DNA of 56,156 nt, counting the filler, from Sphacelaria rigidula (taxonomy: Eukaryota): assembly GCA_964200075.2 (NCBI GenBank). It is 4 parts of 4 records of this genome, joined end to end, with 100 filler letters (N's around TTAATTAATTAA, not from the genome) between each part and the next. Parts side by side here need not be neighbours in the genome. Positions count along the whole stretch, not along the records: positions 14,068 to 28,031 come from CAXNAA020002545.1; positions 28,132 to 42,095 come from CAXNAA020002546.1; 2 more parts are not named here. One strand, 5' to 3'. Both the position numbers and the translations under genes were made by a program. Under the pieces are notes generated by a model that was not told where the DNA came from, ran no database searches, and saw only the letters and a program-made list of their open reading frames with translations. Of this stretch, positions 22,096 to 35,129 are shown piece after piece (positions within the stretch are counted from its first letter, which is position 1; each line of letters opens with the position of its first letter).

Positions 22096-25000
22096 ATGCT
22101 GAGCAGGACGCTTGGACGATGGGGGCTAGTGTGCTTGATGGCAACGCCGTGTCGAAGTTTCTTCACAGCACCTGGCACTTGGCCTCCATCTACCTCTCAT
22201 AGGGGATATCATTCCTCTGCTCTCCATAGATCTGCCATCAAGGCCGCAAGATCGCCAGGATCCATTCAAACGGCGAACATGAACAGACAGCCGATTGCAC
22301 TGTGGTACGTGACGAGGTATCTGGCATGGGGGGATTGACGCTGCTTGCATGATAAGTGGAGGAAGCGACCAGGTTCACTTGGGGAGGACTTCGCCCGATA
22401 GTTTAAAATGGAAATTGCATGGTTATCGCTGCATTGAGGATTCCCAAATCCACAATACGCCAACACTACAGTGGATAGTGAGCGGAAAACCGAGGTACAA
22501 AACAGATTTGACACGGCTGAAACGAGCACCCCGTACCTGTGAAAGCTGACTTCGTCCGGAGAGATTATGTCGACGGCTGCGCGTCGCATACAGTATCCGC
22601 AGCGTCAGATGTTGTTCAAGAGATTGACGGGTGAGCATCCCAGTACCCATCAAAAGCTGGATGTATTGTTCAGGAGGATGGGCAATGCGTGTCCCAGTAC
22701 CGTATCCCGATGTATTGGTGAACACCCGCTCGCGTTCCCGTACAGTCTATTATTAGGCCGGGGTGAGGGTAGGGGGTTGTCTATAGACCCCGCCCGAAGA
22801 TAACACCAGAAATGTTCTTGCAGCCCTTCACGCTCTCACACGGGAGCCGCACATGTTCCCGCACATCGAGCAATAAAATCAATGCGCAATGTGAGATGCT
22901 GCAAGGTTCATGGTGCTTACGCTCCGTGTAGGGTTACAGTACATAATATACACTTTAGAACCGTTCTGTACACTGATGGTACAATACTTCCTCTGTCCGA
23001 AAAGTTAGGGTCGTTTAGTTTTACGAAGAATGTTCACCCCAACAGCGTGTGTGGACGACACTGAAATTGGTATCGTTGGAGAGATGGAACGTAGGGGAAG
23101 GTGATGAAAAAGAACAAATCCGACGCATGTGCTTCGTTCGAAAATGGAGACAAGATGAAAATAATTTTGGCCATATCGAATCCGGCTTTTGCCGAATTCG
23201 ACCGATGTTTGCCATTTTCGTGATGGACATGGACTGAAAACGCGGCAAGTGACTTCGGACGAGGCGTAGCTAGTCTCTGCACGAGAAGTAAGCTAGAGCG
23301 GAGAGTTTTTTGGGGGGGGCTTTTTGCCATTTCCACTCCGCTTCTTCGTTTCCTTTGTCTCCAGAAAAAGGCTTAAATACGGTCATTCGCCGTTCGGCCG
23401 CGTTGAGTAAGCGACGTCTGCTGTAAAAAAGAAGTCGATTTTTACTAAAAGAACGCCGAAAATGCAAATAAAAAACATAGGAGAATAATGGGACACGCTA
23501 AGTGTTTGTACAAACTTAGCTACCCTAACTGATGTGCCAGAGGAAGTACATGGTCGGTACCGTACCGTGCAGCAGCACTCCACGATTCTCTCGACAATGC
23601 TGTGCATGCACCCGGCTGTACGGGTATCCCATATATTCCACAACCTGTTGTACCGCGGGTGTACTATGCATCATGGGTACATGTGACGAAGCGTGATGCA
23701 GAAACGACGATTTGTTTTCTGCTGCGGCTGCTGGAAAACCCCATCATTCGTGTAATGTATAATGTAGGAAGGGCACCCGGGAGCCAGCGAAGAAGCAAGC
23801 GATGCTCGAGAACTCTATGGAAGTCAGGGACACGTCGCCACCAGTTTGACGGCGTTGCGTTCGGTGTAGAGATGAAAATCTAAAATGCTGCACAAGCATC
23901 TCCAGAATACCCCCGAGATCCGCTGAAACCTGGAAAATCAGTCGTCCCAAGGACGTCGAGGACTTAGTGTATTTTTTTTGGAAAATGTGCAACTGTCGTT
24001 CTCTGCCCTTGTTCCGATGCCACCCATTAAAACCAGTTTTCGACCCGAGCACAAGGTTTTTGTGTATAGTGAGTGTTGAGATGCCCGACAGGGACGCACT
24101 TGTGAGACAACCACGGATCAATAACGGGTTTTTTACGTCGAACTATATTTTTTTTCAACATGGCATAGCCATTCTGTGATATATTCTTCGCAAATTGATT
24201 GGGCTGTTCCTCCCATGCTGTGGTCGAGGTGTGCCGATACTAGCTTGCACTCCTCGGCATGTGATGTTCCACAACTGGCGAAAATTCCGTGTCGAAATGT
24301 TGACGAGCTTGTTCTCCTTCCGCACCCTTCAGCAGCCGTGGCCGAAGATGTACCGTGAGGCCACTGGAAATGTCGTCATCAGAACTGGAGGGTCTGCAGC
24401 GCGATTCTGGCTTGATCGGAGAGGATGCCGCGGTATTTTCGTTTGAAAGTCAGAGCTTGAAGAGTTGGGGCGCCTTCCTTGCTGTTCTCGGGACTGTTCT
24501 AACAGCCTTATACTACCTCTGGCTCAATCCTGACACAGGATACGGTGAGATCCTGGGTGTGTCAATATTTCGGTATTTTCATCACACTTTCGCGGTACAA
24601 CTACACCCAGGATTCCGCATGGCGATGGGTTGTTGTCATGGGCTATATTCCACGGTTGACGAGGCCACACCACAGCTCCATTTTGAGAATACTTGTGTCA
24701 GGCTCGCGAAAATGCTTTCTCTGGCGAACTCCTCTAATATCTGCGGCGAGATGCCATGTTCAGTTGTGCTGCACGACCTTTTCATCTGGTAAATGAAGTT
24801 CCTTCGGGTAGGCAGCAAACCTGCTGTGATCCCGCTCTGGTGTGCCCCGAGCGACCGCGATCTGAGAGAGATGGTGATAGCCCCGATAGCTGCGGATTTA
24901 CGGTGGTAGCCTTATTCACTTCCCCCCGTCCGTGATCCACAACCCTCATTTTTTCATCGTTGTACAGGTGATGACTTTGTTCGAGTCCTGGAGGAAGTTG

Positions 25001-27397
25001 CAGGAGGAGACACGAGCATCACGATCTCACTGATACTCGCCGTATTTGCCGTTGCCCACAGCGGCCTAGCCAGCCTGCGACCAAAGGTACACATTGCTTT
25101 CACCTCAGTGTCTTGCTAATCTCGCGCATAAAAACAAACGGAAGCAGTCCGAGTTATGGTGAAAGCATATTCGCGCATCGAGAGCGATTTTGCTCACATG
25201 TGCGGTGGGTGCGGTATGCCTATGTCTTACCCTTTCATCAAAAACTTTTAACTCGTCCTCCATGTCCTTCAACATCGCATGTTTTCATACCCCATAGGGC
25301 GAAGAGATCATCGGCGCACGTGCTTGGAGAGTACTCTTCGGAGTAGTATCGTTACCCCTGGCTGTCTCCGCCGTTGTATACTTCATCAATCATCGCTATG
25401 ATGGAGTACAGTTGTGGGACATCAAGGTGAGCAAGATGAACATTTTGGGGCATTGGCCACGAAATGAAATGCTCAATATGGTGTAGTGGTAGCTTGGTTG
25501 TCCCCCACTTACGATTAGATCATGGTCGTTTGCTGTCAAGAGGCTTTCGCGCCACGCGTTATTTTTAAGAGTACACCCCTCTATGTCTAACTGTGCTCAT
25601 TGCAGCATGTGCACTGTACATTCCATCATGATACTGTTGCGCTTCTTGTGATCTTCCTCGCCTGGGTCTCCATCGGATGAGTGGCAGCTGCACCTGTGCA
25701 GACAAAGAGGCAGCTACAAATTCTATTAAACTTGTACGCTGTGCACTAGGACTGTAGTTACACAATGCAGTACCATACGGTAAGTCAACACTGCGGCTGG
25801 TGGTTCCTCGTGGTTGCAGTTTAGACAAGCCGGGGCTAAGCACAAAGGTTCAAGCCCACCTGGAGGCAGCTGGGTTCTCGCGCAGTGCCGATCGCTGCAG
25901 ACCTGGGCATCTCGTTGCCCGGTTGGTTCTCGATCGTCACAAGCCCGCCGTCTTCGTTTTTTTGTGTTGGGCACGCTTGAGTCGTGTTTGAAAACGACGG
26001 TTTGTGGCTACTACCTACATGCTCGCTAAAATCACACGGAAATGAACGTGAAGGGGGTACAAGATATTCACGGAAGGACAGAGGTAACGGGCAGGCGACG
26101 AGGGATAAATCACAACATCGATAGAGACGAAGTGGTGTTCTCCCGACCCGCCTGGTCTGAACAAAGTACAGGGACACTTCAGGTGTAACCCTTGTCGTTA
26201 AACGTGAGGATGGTGTGTGGCACTCCGATTTATTTTTGGCCAATAAACCGTTGGTATAAGGCCTCACAAAGTCGAGGGGCTATGTATCGTGACAAAACCC
26301 CGTGTGTAGCCCTTTGAACCCACGTGCTGAGCCCTCTCCTCAGCCCCAGTTTAGTGTGGCTGGTTTTGGCCACAGTCAGACGAGGTACCCAACATGAGTC
26401 ACCCGTTTCTCTTCTCAAGATGTAATGTACTCCGACCAAGTTTTGAGTTTAGTTACGCCTTCTGGCGTAGCTGCTGTGGGCCGTGTGGCATGAGAAGCAG
26501 GAGTGCTGATCGACTTTATATGATACTACACAACTCTTGGACTGAAAGTTTAACTGTGAGTGGTATACCTTCGCTAGCTGTGCAAACCGTCCTCTGACCG
26601 ATAAGTTGGACTTGTCTTGCGATGTGATTCCTGACTCGTACTCATCATCGTATCTGTTTATCCCGCGGTGTGCACAGATGGTTCCCGGCGTACACTCTGC
26701 GTGTTGGATAACGTCGTTCATCTCCTTCTTGTTCCTGTACCCTAGTACGTTCAACCTTCTCGAGGTGAGGTCGCGTGTTTGCTATACTCGCACACGTGGA
26801 GGTCGCGTGAATATCCGGCCTGGACTCGTGTCGTCGTGAACAGCATCAGCTTGTATACTTGTTGACTGTACGAAGCGTGGATCTGACGTTGCTGAAGCTC
26901 AGCGTTTCAGCTAAGAACACATATTCCGTCTACTTGCAGGTCGCAGCTGTGGATAAGCCCCAGCTTCACATGTGGGAAACTGGAGTCATGCGGATCACGA
27001 GGTGCGAGATTAATGTCTACGGCCACTCCCTCTCAGGAGCAACCTCTTGAAACCGGCGTTTCAGCAAGAAAACGTCGGTCGCAGAATATGGGGACCGTGC
27101 TACAGTTTCCCAAGTATTCATTTGTACGGGTGAAAATATCTTCCATGGCACTCGGCACGTTCACGGTGCAACTACAAGGCAATCGTTTTGACGTTGCTTC
27201 GGCCGGGCCTCTCGTTACATCGCAGCCCTCCGTCAATCCGTTGCGTGTGCTGTCAACAGGCATCCACAGACTATGGGACAGGCCATGTGGTGCGCAGCGC
27301 ACCTGGCGTGGGTTGGAACATCGTTCACGGCCATCACTTCTGCGGGGCTGATGGCGCACCACTTATTTTCTTTGTGGAATGGGGACCGTCGCCTAAG
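22096..27397 (+). CDS. Z-ISO: 15-cis-zeta-carotene isomerase (NnrU-domain membrane protein), plastid-targeted; 3' partial
   Basis: 7 phase-consistent exons: 22096-22304, 24333-24544, 24968-25086, 25298-25426, 26678-26764, 26940-27001, 27260-27397. Motifs [80 protein letters not shown]. The N-terminus [23 protein letters not shown] resembles a signal peptide plus a Phe-initiated transit peptide. Confidence 0.95.
22987..23546. mobile_element. Tc1/mariner (Stowaway-like) MITE in Z-ISO intron 1
   Basis: TA|CTTCCTCTG...CAGAGGAAG|TA with imperfect TIRs of about 40 bp that include agttagggt/accctaact. Confidence 0.75.
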
Positions 27398-27844
27398 GTG
27401 GGCGCTAGACATAATTGCCGTAGGTTGAATGCACAATCTCCACCCACTCATCGCGTCTGACAGTACCATACAGAGTAGTTGTTCCCACTGCGAAACAGCA
27501 AATTGGGTTTTTGTACGACTAGCCGCGTTTGGTGAGCACCTTGCGCACGTGTTTGGCTGTATTCTCTGAAGCCCCTCCCTTCCCTTAGCCTGGTCCGGCG
27601 AAAATCCGGCGTGCTCCGTCCCGACTTTGTAGGGACGGGCCCCCTATGGGATTGGCGTCGGTTGGCAATGACGCTGTAAAACACGCCACTCACTGCGTAT
27701 GCTAGGCAACCAGGTTACCGCTTTTCTTTGCGCGCTTGCGTTTTCTTCGCGGTAACCATGATGGTAGTCGAGCTAGATTATACTGTGCGGGGTGGGAGAA
27801 CCTCCATTCCGCGCAAAGAGGATGACCGTACTATTTGGTGTTTG

Positions 27845-28031
27845 AATGGGGAGGCATCCATGAGGCAGTATGTAAGTCGTGGCTGTATCTGGAAATGGCG
27901 ATACCAGAAAATGAAGCAAGTCATTGCAGGTTGTCATCCAAATGCAAGATAATCAGTAGGCTTCGGGCCGAACAATCTTACCAGGATGCACCTCACCCTT
28001 CATGTGACTCACCGAACACATCACGGCGCTT
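27845..28031 (+). repeat. Dispersed repeat; second copy on the minus strand at about 55130-55300
   Basis: ggctgtatctggaaatggcgataccagaaaat...tgactcaccgaacac aligns with the reverse complement of 55130-55290. Both copies end at assembly gaps. Confidence 0.8.
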
Positions 28032-28131
28032 NNNNNNNNNNNNNNNNNNNNNNNNNNNNNNNNNNNNNNNNNNNNTTAATTAATTAANNNNNNNNNNNNN
28101 NNNNNNNNNNNNNNNNNNNNNNNNNNNNNNN
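28032..28131. other. Artificial contig spacer (N44-TTAATTAATTAA-N44)
   Basis: Same 100-bp structure as 13968-14067. Confidence 0.97.
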
Positions 28132-29467
28132 CGAGTGCCCAGGCAAGCACCGAAGAATGGGGAGTCATCAACACCATCTCCCCACCGCTGGTCATCGAAG
28201 CATCGGGCCAGAAATACGCCCAGAAAAGTAGTCTCCGATACTTGGGCGGGCTCGTCAACGAGGGCGAGCTCAAGCAAGAAATCAACAATCGGAGCAGAGC
28301 AGCGTGGGCGTGCATCAGGAAGTTCTCCCGGGAGCCCTTTGACCGACCGAAAGCACCATGAAGACTCAAGGTCCGACTGCTGAAAGCGGAGGCGATGAAG
28401 GCCCTACTATACGGATGCCTGACGTGGGCCCCACGCCGCGAACACTACGACTTGCTTCGAAAGGTGCACTACCGACTCCTCCTGCGCGTCATCGGGTACC
28501 GCCGAGTGTGCGGCACATACAGACAGCTGTCGTGTGCACAGGTCCTCAAGAAGACCGGATGCCAAAGTGCCGAAGCCATCGTCCGGCAATAACGACTGCT
28601 GTTCGCGGGAGCCCTGGCTAGTCAACCGAACGAACGATTACCGAAGCAAATAGCATTCGGAACACTAGTCGGGGGGAGGATCCAGGACCAGGGTGCCCGG
28701 AACAAAACTGGCTGAAGTTTCTGAGAGACGATCTCCACGCTTTCGGAGCCACAGACGGCTTTACGGACGACAACCGCCTGACATTCGGACTTGACCGCGC
28801 CCTATGGACCTCAGCAGCAAACAAGGAGGGGGGGTTGCCGTGGCACGCGGGAGTGCTGCAGGGAGCGGAGAGGTTCATGACTTCATGGCCCAGGAATGAA
28901 GAGGAGGCCAGTCGACTGCGTGCGATTACACGGGAGACCAAGGAAGCCCAAATAAAACAGCAATGACGACGGTCCAGAGAAGGGGGAGGGTGGGGGGTGA
29001 ACCCCCCCGATGAGGGGTGTCGTTATGTCATGCAGTGCTTGTCTTGATACACCTGGTATGCTTGTACGTATGGTTGTCCCTTGAGAGGCCCAACGATGGA
29101 ACCTTGCGATTCTTAGTTTTTTGGTTGGTGATAATTGGGGCCTTGAGTTTCGCCCGTAGTCGGGCCCCGTGTTCATTTCTACTTGGCGTCGCGCGTCAAG
29201 TTGGAAAGCTGGGTGCCACCCCCTGAAGTCCGAATGGCCACCTGCGGCACCGGACCTTCTGAGGTTAGTCATATGTCTCTCTTCCTTTTTTAATCCCTGT
29301 TTTGCTTGTATCGCGTTTTGTGAGTTTTGATCTGGGTCTATTTTGTTTTTTTTCGTTTTTTTTTCTGTGACCACGGAAGGCGTCCACATCAGAAGCCCAG
29401 TACGAATGTACCGCGCAGATATCGGAACGGTTTTTAATGTGAAGACAACAACAACAACAACAACAAC
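28132..29467 (+). mobile_element. RTE-like non-LTR retrotransposon 3' end (RT thumb/C-terminal region, 3'UTR, (CAA)n tail)
   Basis: Translation RYLGG...EINNRSRAAW...RLKVRLLKAEAMKALLYGCLTW...RLLFAGALA...ERLPK is typical of the post-RT region of RTE-clade ORF2. It has stops and frameshifts. (ACA)n tail at about 29445-29467. Confidence 0.85.
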
Positions 29468-31569
29468 GAGAAAGCTGCAGACACACACAACGGGGGTGAG
29501 GGTTAGTCCCACGCTTGGGGTTGTTTCGCCAGTAGTGCCCATGCGAGGCGCTTCATCCAGTCTGAACCAGCTATCAAGCCTTGTATGGTCACCTCCGCCG
29601 TGGTTGTGTTGAGAACCGGTTTCGCGATGAGGCTGTCGGACAATACTGCTGTAGTGCAACGCGCTCGCAAAATCCGAGCCGTTTCTTTGAATTTTGAACC
29701 CGCATCAGCTGTAGTTTCAACATCCTTTTAACGGTCCCAAACGGGGTCTGATCCAGCGACGAAAAGCGCTGGCAGCTTCCCCCTCAGATAGGATTTGTGA
29801 CAACTGTGGGGGTATTGGGGGAAACATCGCTCGGAATGAAACATGTAGAGAATAGTATTCAGGGGTATCGCAGTACATCTTTCTCTGTTCAAAATCGAAA
29901 TTTCCTTGCTTGAACGCTCTATACCCGTTACAATGAACGATTGGTTTCCAAGAAAACCATCCGTTATTTCAGGACTTCCTCTGGGGTCTAACTGTGATGA
30001 AATCGATATTTTAGGCAGGGTTCATTTTTGTGAGTCACTCCTGTTTCTCGGGTGTCAACAGATGACGAGCTGGGAAATGACACATTGTTTCACTACTCAT
30101 CGCCCGCACCCCCCCTCGCCTCCGTCCCTCCCCTGCAGGCCCCCAGGTGAGCTTCTCAGCTCTTACTCCAGAATTGAATCGCCCCTAAAAACATTTCTAC
30201 CTACAATACTGTACACACCGCAGCATAAAATTATAGATAATGGGACAGTTTGCACACACGTACTCGTACAAATATAACACAAACATCCATTACAAAATTC
30301 GAAGCACGACTGACATCGCAGTCCTCAAGAAAAACCTCGGCTGCCACCATCTTTGGGACCGCAACCACTGACTATTGACGCCTTCCCACACCCCTCTCAC
30401 CCTAACGTACAGTCCCTACCCTTAACCCTCTTTAGCACACAGTACAGTACAATGTGGCACAGTACAAAAATGTGCGCGCTGTCCCATACCCGTGTCCCCA
30501 ACGAATGCTACAGCGTTCACCTTCCCTGCGCTTTCCCCATTCCAGGGTATGGGGTAGGTAGAGATGAGAGGAGTAAGATGAACCAGGACTGAAATCGCAG
30601 TCTGTCTCGTGGGGGAGGGGGGTGATCAAGCCATGGTACCGTGCCGGAGGTTGTGCGAGAAAAAGCTGACGTGCTCATGTGTACCACACTACCAAGTGCA
30701 TTCAACTATTTATCTTCATTCCTTCCGTACAAAGAAAACTGATCACTGCATATTTTTGGGCTTGCCATACAGTAGTCACGTGGCACACTAGTAGTGCAGA
30801 ACAACAAGCAGGCCATAAAAAGACATGAAGCGACATAGAAATACCGTCAACATTAACCGATACATTATACTTTACGGTACCACAGGATATGCAGTAAATA
30901 CTGCACCCGAAGCTCCGTCTTCTTGTCCCGTAAACTGCAGGGCAAAGATCCAGTAGCTGATCAAGCAGCGGGCAGTGTTTGCACGTACAAGGTGACATAA
31001 ATGTTTGAACAAGAAAACAATAGCAAAACAGCAGAACAGCAACATATCCCTCCATGTAGCAGACACGAATCTCCCCACACACCCACTTCATTCACCACCT
31101 CGCCCACCCCGCTGTATAAATGACGTTCTTCCACTTGAAACTTGTTTTTCGATGCTGTTCCTTCCGGTGTCTTTGTCATGTCAAATAGTCACTCCCATCC
31201 CTTCCCTCCCCCCTCCAATCACAGTACGCTCGTCGATATGATCTGGCATACACGCAACTTTGCAGCCCCGTGGCGTGGAGCGTATGTCGTCCTCGACATT
31301 TCGCCGCCTCCGAATATCCTTGCAGCAGAAATTGATGGACACATCGACAATGAAGACGTGTATGTATATGATATTCGGAGCAAACCCACACGACGATCGA
31401 AACGGTACCACCCACTCTCGCACCACTCCGTCTTTGGTAAGGTAGTACGCCGCTGTCACCCGTATTCCATTTTGCACATGGGTCACATGTATTTTCAGGC
31501 ATGTTTCCTCACCCTGAAGCAACCGGCACTAACTTAAAGATGGCGATCGCCGACTGAAGCGAACATTTA

Positions 31570-31790
31570 CGGTGGGGCGGTGCAGCTATATGACGACGAC
31601 AACAGCAGCAACCACATGCAACAAAAGACGATCACCACCACACCACACCACACTACACTACACAACACCACCACATGCAACAAAAGACCACCACCACCAC
31701 ACCACACCACAACGAACTACACCACCACCACCGCCACCACCACTACCACAACATCATCAACATCATCATCATCAACAACAACAACAACAT
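31570..31790. repeat. CAC/CAA/CAT-rich microsatellite and low-complexity tract
   Basis: Read directly from the sequence. Confidence 0.8.
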
Positions 31791-32994
31791 GGGCAAGTAC
31801 AAGACTCACTCACTTGATGAATTTATGACTGAATCCAAAGTTGAGGCCATGCACACGCCGCTGCACAACTGACTACTACACACACTACACACACTGAACC
31901 GGCACCCCGACCGTCGCGGTATATACGTACTACATGTGATCTCGTCCGCCTCCACTTTACTAAATAACCTCGTCGGCATGTGTCCTCAACGGACTGAGGT
32001 ATGTGCCGACAGCAGTAATCAACAAGAGAACACACGACACACGCACAGCACACACATTCCATACACACAACACAACACACACACCGATATATAAGTGCAC
32101 CACCGCCGATCTCGATTGCTCCCTTTCCTAACGAACCCCTGTGGATATATACCCATACATCTTCATCGTCCAACAAGTAGTCGTGTTCAACTTTGTGTGC
32201 GGAATATTCCGTTTATATTTTTTTCTGGCTTGATTTCGCAACCCTTTGCATCAATTTCACTGGAACCCGCCAAGCCCCCGTTTGCACGAACGACGCAAAG
32301 ACACGCACGTGCTACGAAATTCACACCAAATCGGCGCCTCGAGCAGTGAAAATATGATCAAACCCACAACATGACAAACCATCATGATTTGTTGGGCATA
32401 TTACATCACGTCACCATCATGAAAAGCATCACGATGTGCTATCGCACTTCCGAGAGTGCCAAAATTGGCTCATTGTACTGCTCACTGGTTCTAGCGTCGC
32501 TCACGCGGCCGATGGGCTTGACGGATTGCAGTGAAACGTTGGGGGTCCTGCCCGCGAAAGTGTACTGCGTACAGTAAAGACTGTTGCGCGTATTGCAACA
32601 GACAACAGATTTCATACTGTACGCAATACATATCTTTACAAAACAATATATTGTCCAGGGTGTGCATAAAAGGGCGCCGGACCATTGCAGCCATACCGCC
32701 AACACCATGAACGGGGAAGACCGCACACGACAGAGCTTCCTCGGAAGTTTCTAGCACGCACACCTCCCCCACCAGGCAGCAGTAAAAGCACACCGGTGAC
32801 GTGCTCGCTGTCGGCGTTGCGTTCTCAAAGTCGAAGGCCTGACACATAGCACCGACGGGAAGTAGCAGCCGGGGACAAAGAGAGCAAGCCATGAGCATAT
32901 ACAACCCACGCTTTAGTTATTGATCAGGGTTGGTTGAGTGACTGATACATCTGCATCACACGTGTAGGATCGAACCCTCCTGCAGTACCACCAA

Positions 32995-32996
<2 letters not shown>

Positions 32997-33060
<64 letters not shown>
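32997..33060. repeat. (TG)n microsatellite
   Basis: Read directly from the sequence. Confidence 0.97.
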
Positions 33061-33061
<1 letters not shown>

Positions 33062-33224
33062 CACTCCCGTGGAAGGGGAAAAGTGATGAGCGTGAAGCGG
33101 AAGCGCAATGATCAGGAAGCTACAACCAGCGACACACACGCACACAATGAGATTGGCGAGGTTCCTGTACATCTGTTGGAGGGCCATCTCTTCAACTGTT
33201 CATCGTAACTTGATCACCCGCGAT

Positions 33225-35129
33225 CTACCTCGAGGGGCACAAGTCTGCCCTTGGACAACGGCGCTCCGCTGTCTCCAGCAAAGGCAAACACTCACGTTTC
33301 TGCGCCATATACTCCTGTTGAGCGGCAGTGGGTCTAACCGCCCGCTTCCCCTCCCTCCGGACGACCTCATCAACACCTGCGCCTCCGCCCACCCTTCCCC
33401 CGTCGTCGGAGTTGCCACCACCACTGCTACTACCACCTCCGCCACCGTCGCCCGCAATTCCCCCTCCTTCCCTCTCCAAGCGCTGTCGGCGTTCTCTTTC
33501 CGCCCTGTTACGAGCCCGAGTGGCTTGTGCTTTCATGTTGGCCACCCTTCTCTTCTCTGCGGCCGCTTCCCTCGCGGCGGCCGCCTCCTCCGCCAGCATC
33601 TCCTCTAGGCACGCTTCTTGCGGGGACATGGTGGGAGCAGGGAATCTCGGGAACCCCACCGGCCCGGCGCCCTTTACCCAACTACTCGGACGTGCGATCA
33701 ACGAGTTGTACTCGCGCGGACCTGTCCGCATCACCTTCCGCGTCTCCTTCTCTATGGCAATCTCAAAACTTCTGAGATGTGCCTTCGCCTCAGTGGCTGC
33801 TCGCTCGGCCGGCTCCAACTCTTCAGCTTTAACCTAGAAGTCGCAAGTGGGAGAGTTTGGTCACGGGATCGAACAGGGAGAGGGAGGGGAAGGAGGGGGT
33901 GAAGAGCCTCCACAATGTGAACGTTTTGGATCAACTCTCCACTCGGGGCGACACAACACACACGAGCTCTGTTTGTGGTGACCGAGGAGCGCTACATGTG
34001 CTGATGCTACCTTCGCCTGAGTTAGTTACCCACAGCTCATTACAACAGGAGCAAAAAAGAAAAAAAGTCGCCTTGAGCTAAACGTACATGATCTCTTCAA
34101 CGCTTGCATTTCCCACGGCTGCTACGAAACACCCACTCGGCAGCGGAACGCACACGCATCTCGATAATTTGGACAGCTACTGCAACGCCAAAGCTCGGGA
34201 GGCAAGCAACTACCTGTTTTCGGGCAAACAAAATTCTCAACATGTGCAACCCCCCTTCCCACCGCTACGATTGTCATATTCACGTCAACACTTTGTCTTA
34301 CCCGAGCACACGTCACGTCGGCCTCATCGGCGGCATTCTCGGCCCCGACAGCGGTCGCTTCCAGCTGTGCCGCCGTCTTCGTGAGGCGAACCTCCACCAA
34401 CCTCATGCGCCTCGCGCTCCTGCGTGCCGCGGCAAGTACTCTTCTTGCCACCAAGATCATCTTCTCCTCGGGCGACTTCTCGACGGTCATGCTTACACCC
34501 GGGTCACTCTCTCCACTGTCACCGCCATCTTCACGGGAGCCTTCCATTACCAGGCCCGCCGATGAGCCGCTGCAATCTCTTTGAGCCTTCAGCGGGGGTG
34601 GGGAAATTGTGTCCCGCTTGCGCTTGCCTGCTTCTGCAGGCAGCGGTGATGTGGTGATCTCTCCCGCTCCCGCTGCATGGAGCGAACTCTCTCCAGTCGG
34701 CGGCGGAACACGTGACGCGACGTCTTCACCGCCGCGGGCAGCCCCACGCCTGAGCTCTTGACTGTTCTCCACCTGCACCATGAGTCTCCCCAGTCGCTCT
34801 TCATCACACCGCTCAACGTCCTTTGCGACTTCAAGGTTGCGTCGAGCGTGCTTGAGCTTCCTCGCAGAATCCTCGGCCTCACGGCGTGCGTTTTTCGCAA
34901 CTGTTTGCATCACCAGTGCCACCCGGTCCAACTCATAAACACGGAGACGGACGTCGAGGAGACGTAGCGACTTGCCACAGCTGTCCTGTTCCGCCTTGTC
35001 CATCTCCGTGAGGTCATCACCCCCACCACGAAATGCGCCCTCTGTCTCTGCCTCTTGCCCCTCCGCCCCGACCTCGAAGATGCCGTCGTCCGAGCGATTG
35101 CAGCTTCCTGCCCAAATGGGCGAGTCCAA
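33225..35129 (-). CDS. Uncharacterised Ala/Glu/Arg-rich coiled-coil protein, at least 2 exons; start uncertain
   Basis: Two long GC-rich ORFs join in frame through a phase-0 intron: donor CGG|GTAAG at 34302/34301 and acceptor TTCTAG|GTT at 33833, giving ...DVTCAR|VKAEELEPAE.... The first in-frame ATG is at 35003. No recognisable domain. Confidence 0.6.

Noticed and set aside
25754-26529. Solo LTR in Z-ISO intron 4 (TGTAGT...ACTACA)
   Set aside because: The 6-bp inverted ends have no matching TSD (GGAC vs CAAC) and there is no second copy in the window. Not supportable.
31900-32180. SRA/YDG domain similarity of the minus-strand exon-like pieces
   Set aside because: Only loose resemblance (LIY, VVRIYR). 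The diagnostic GGY-DD-D and YTG-GG motifs are absent.
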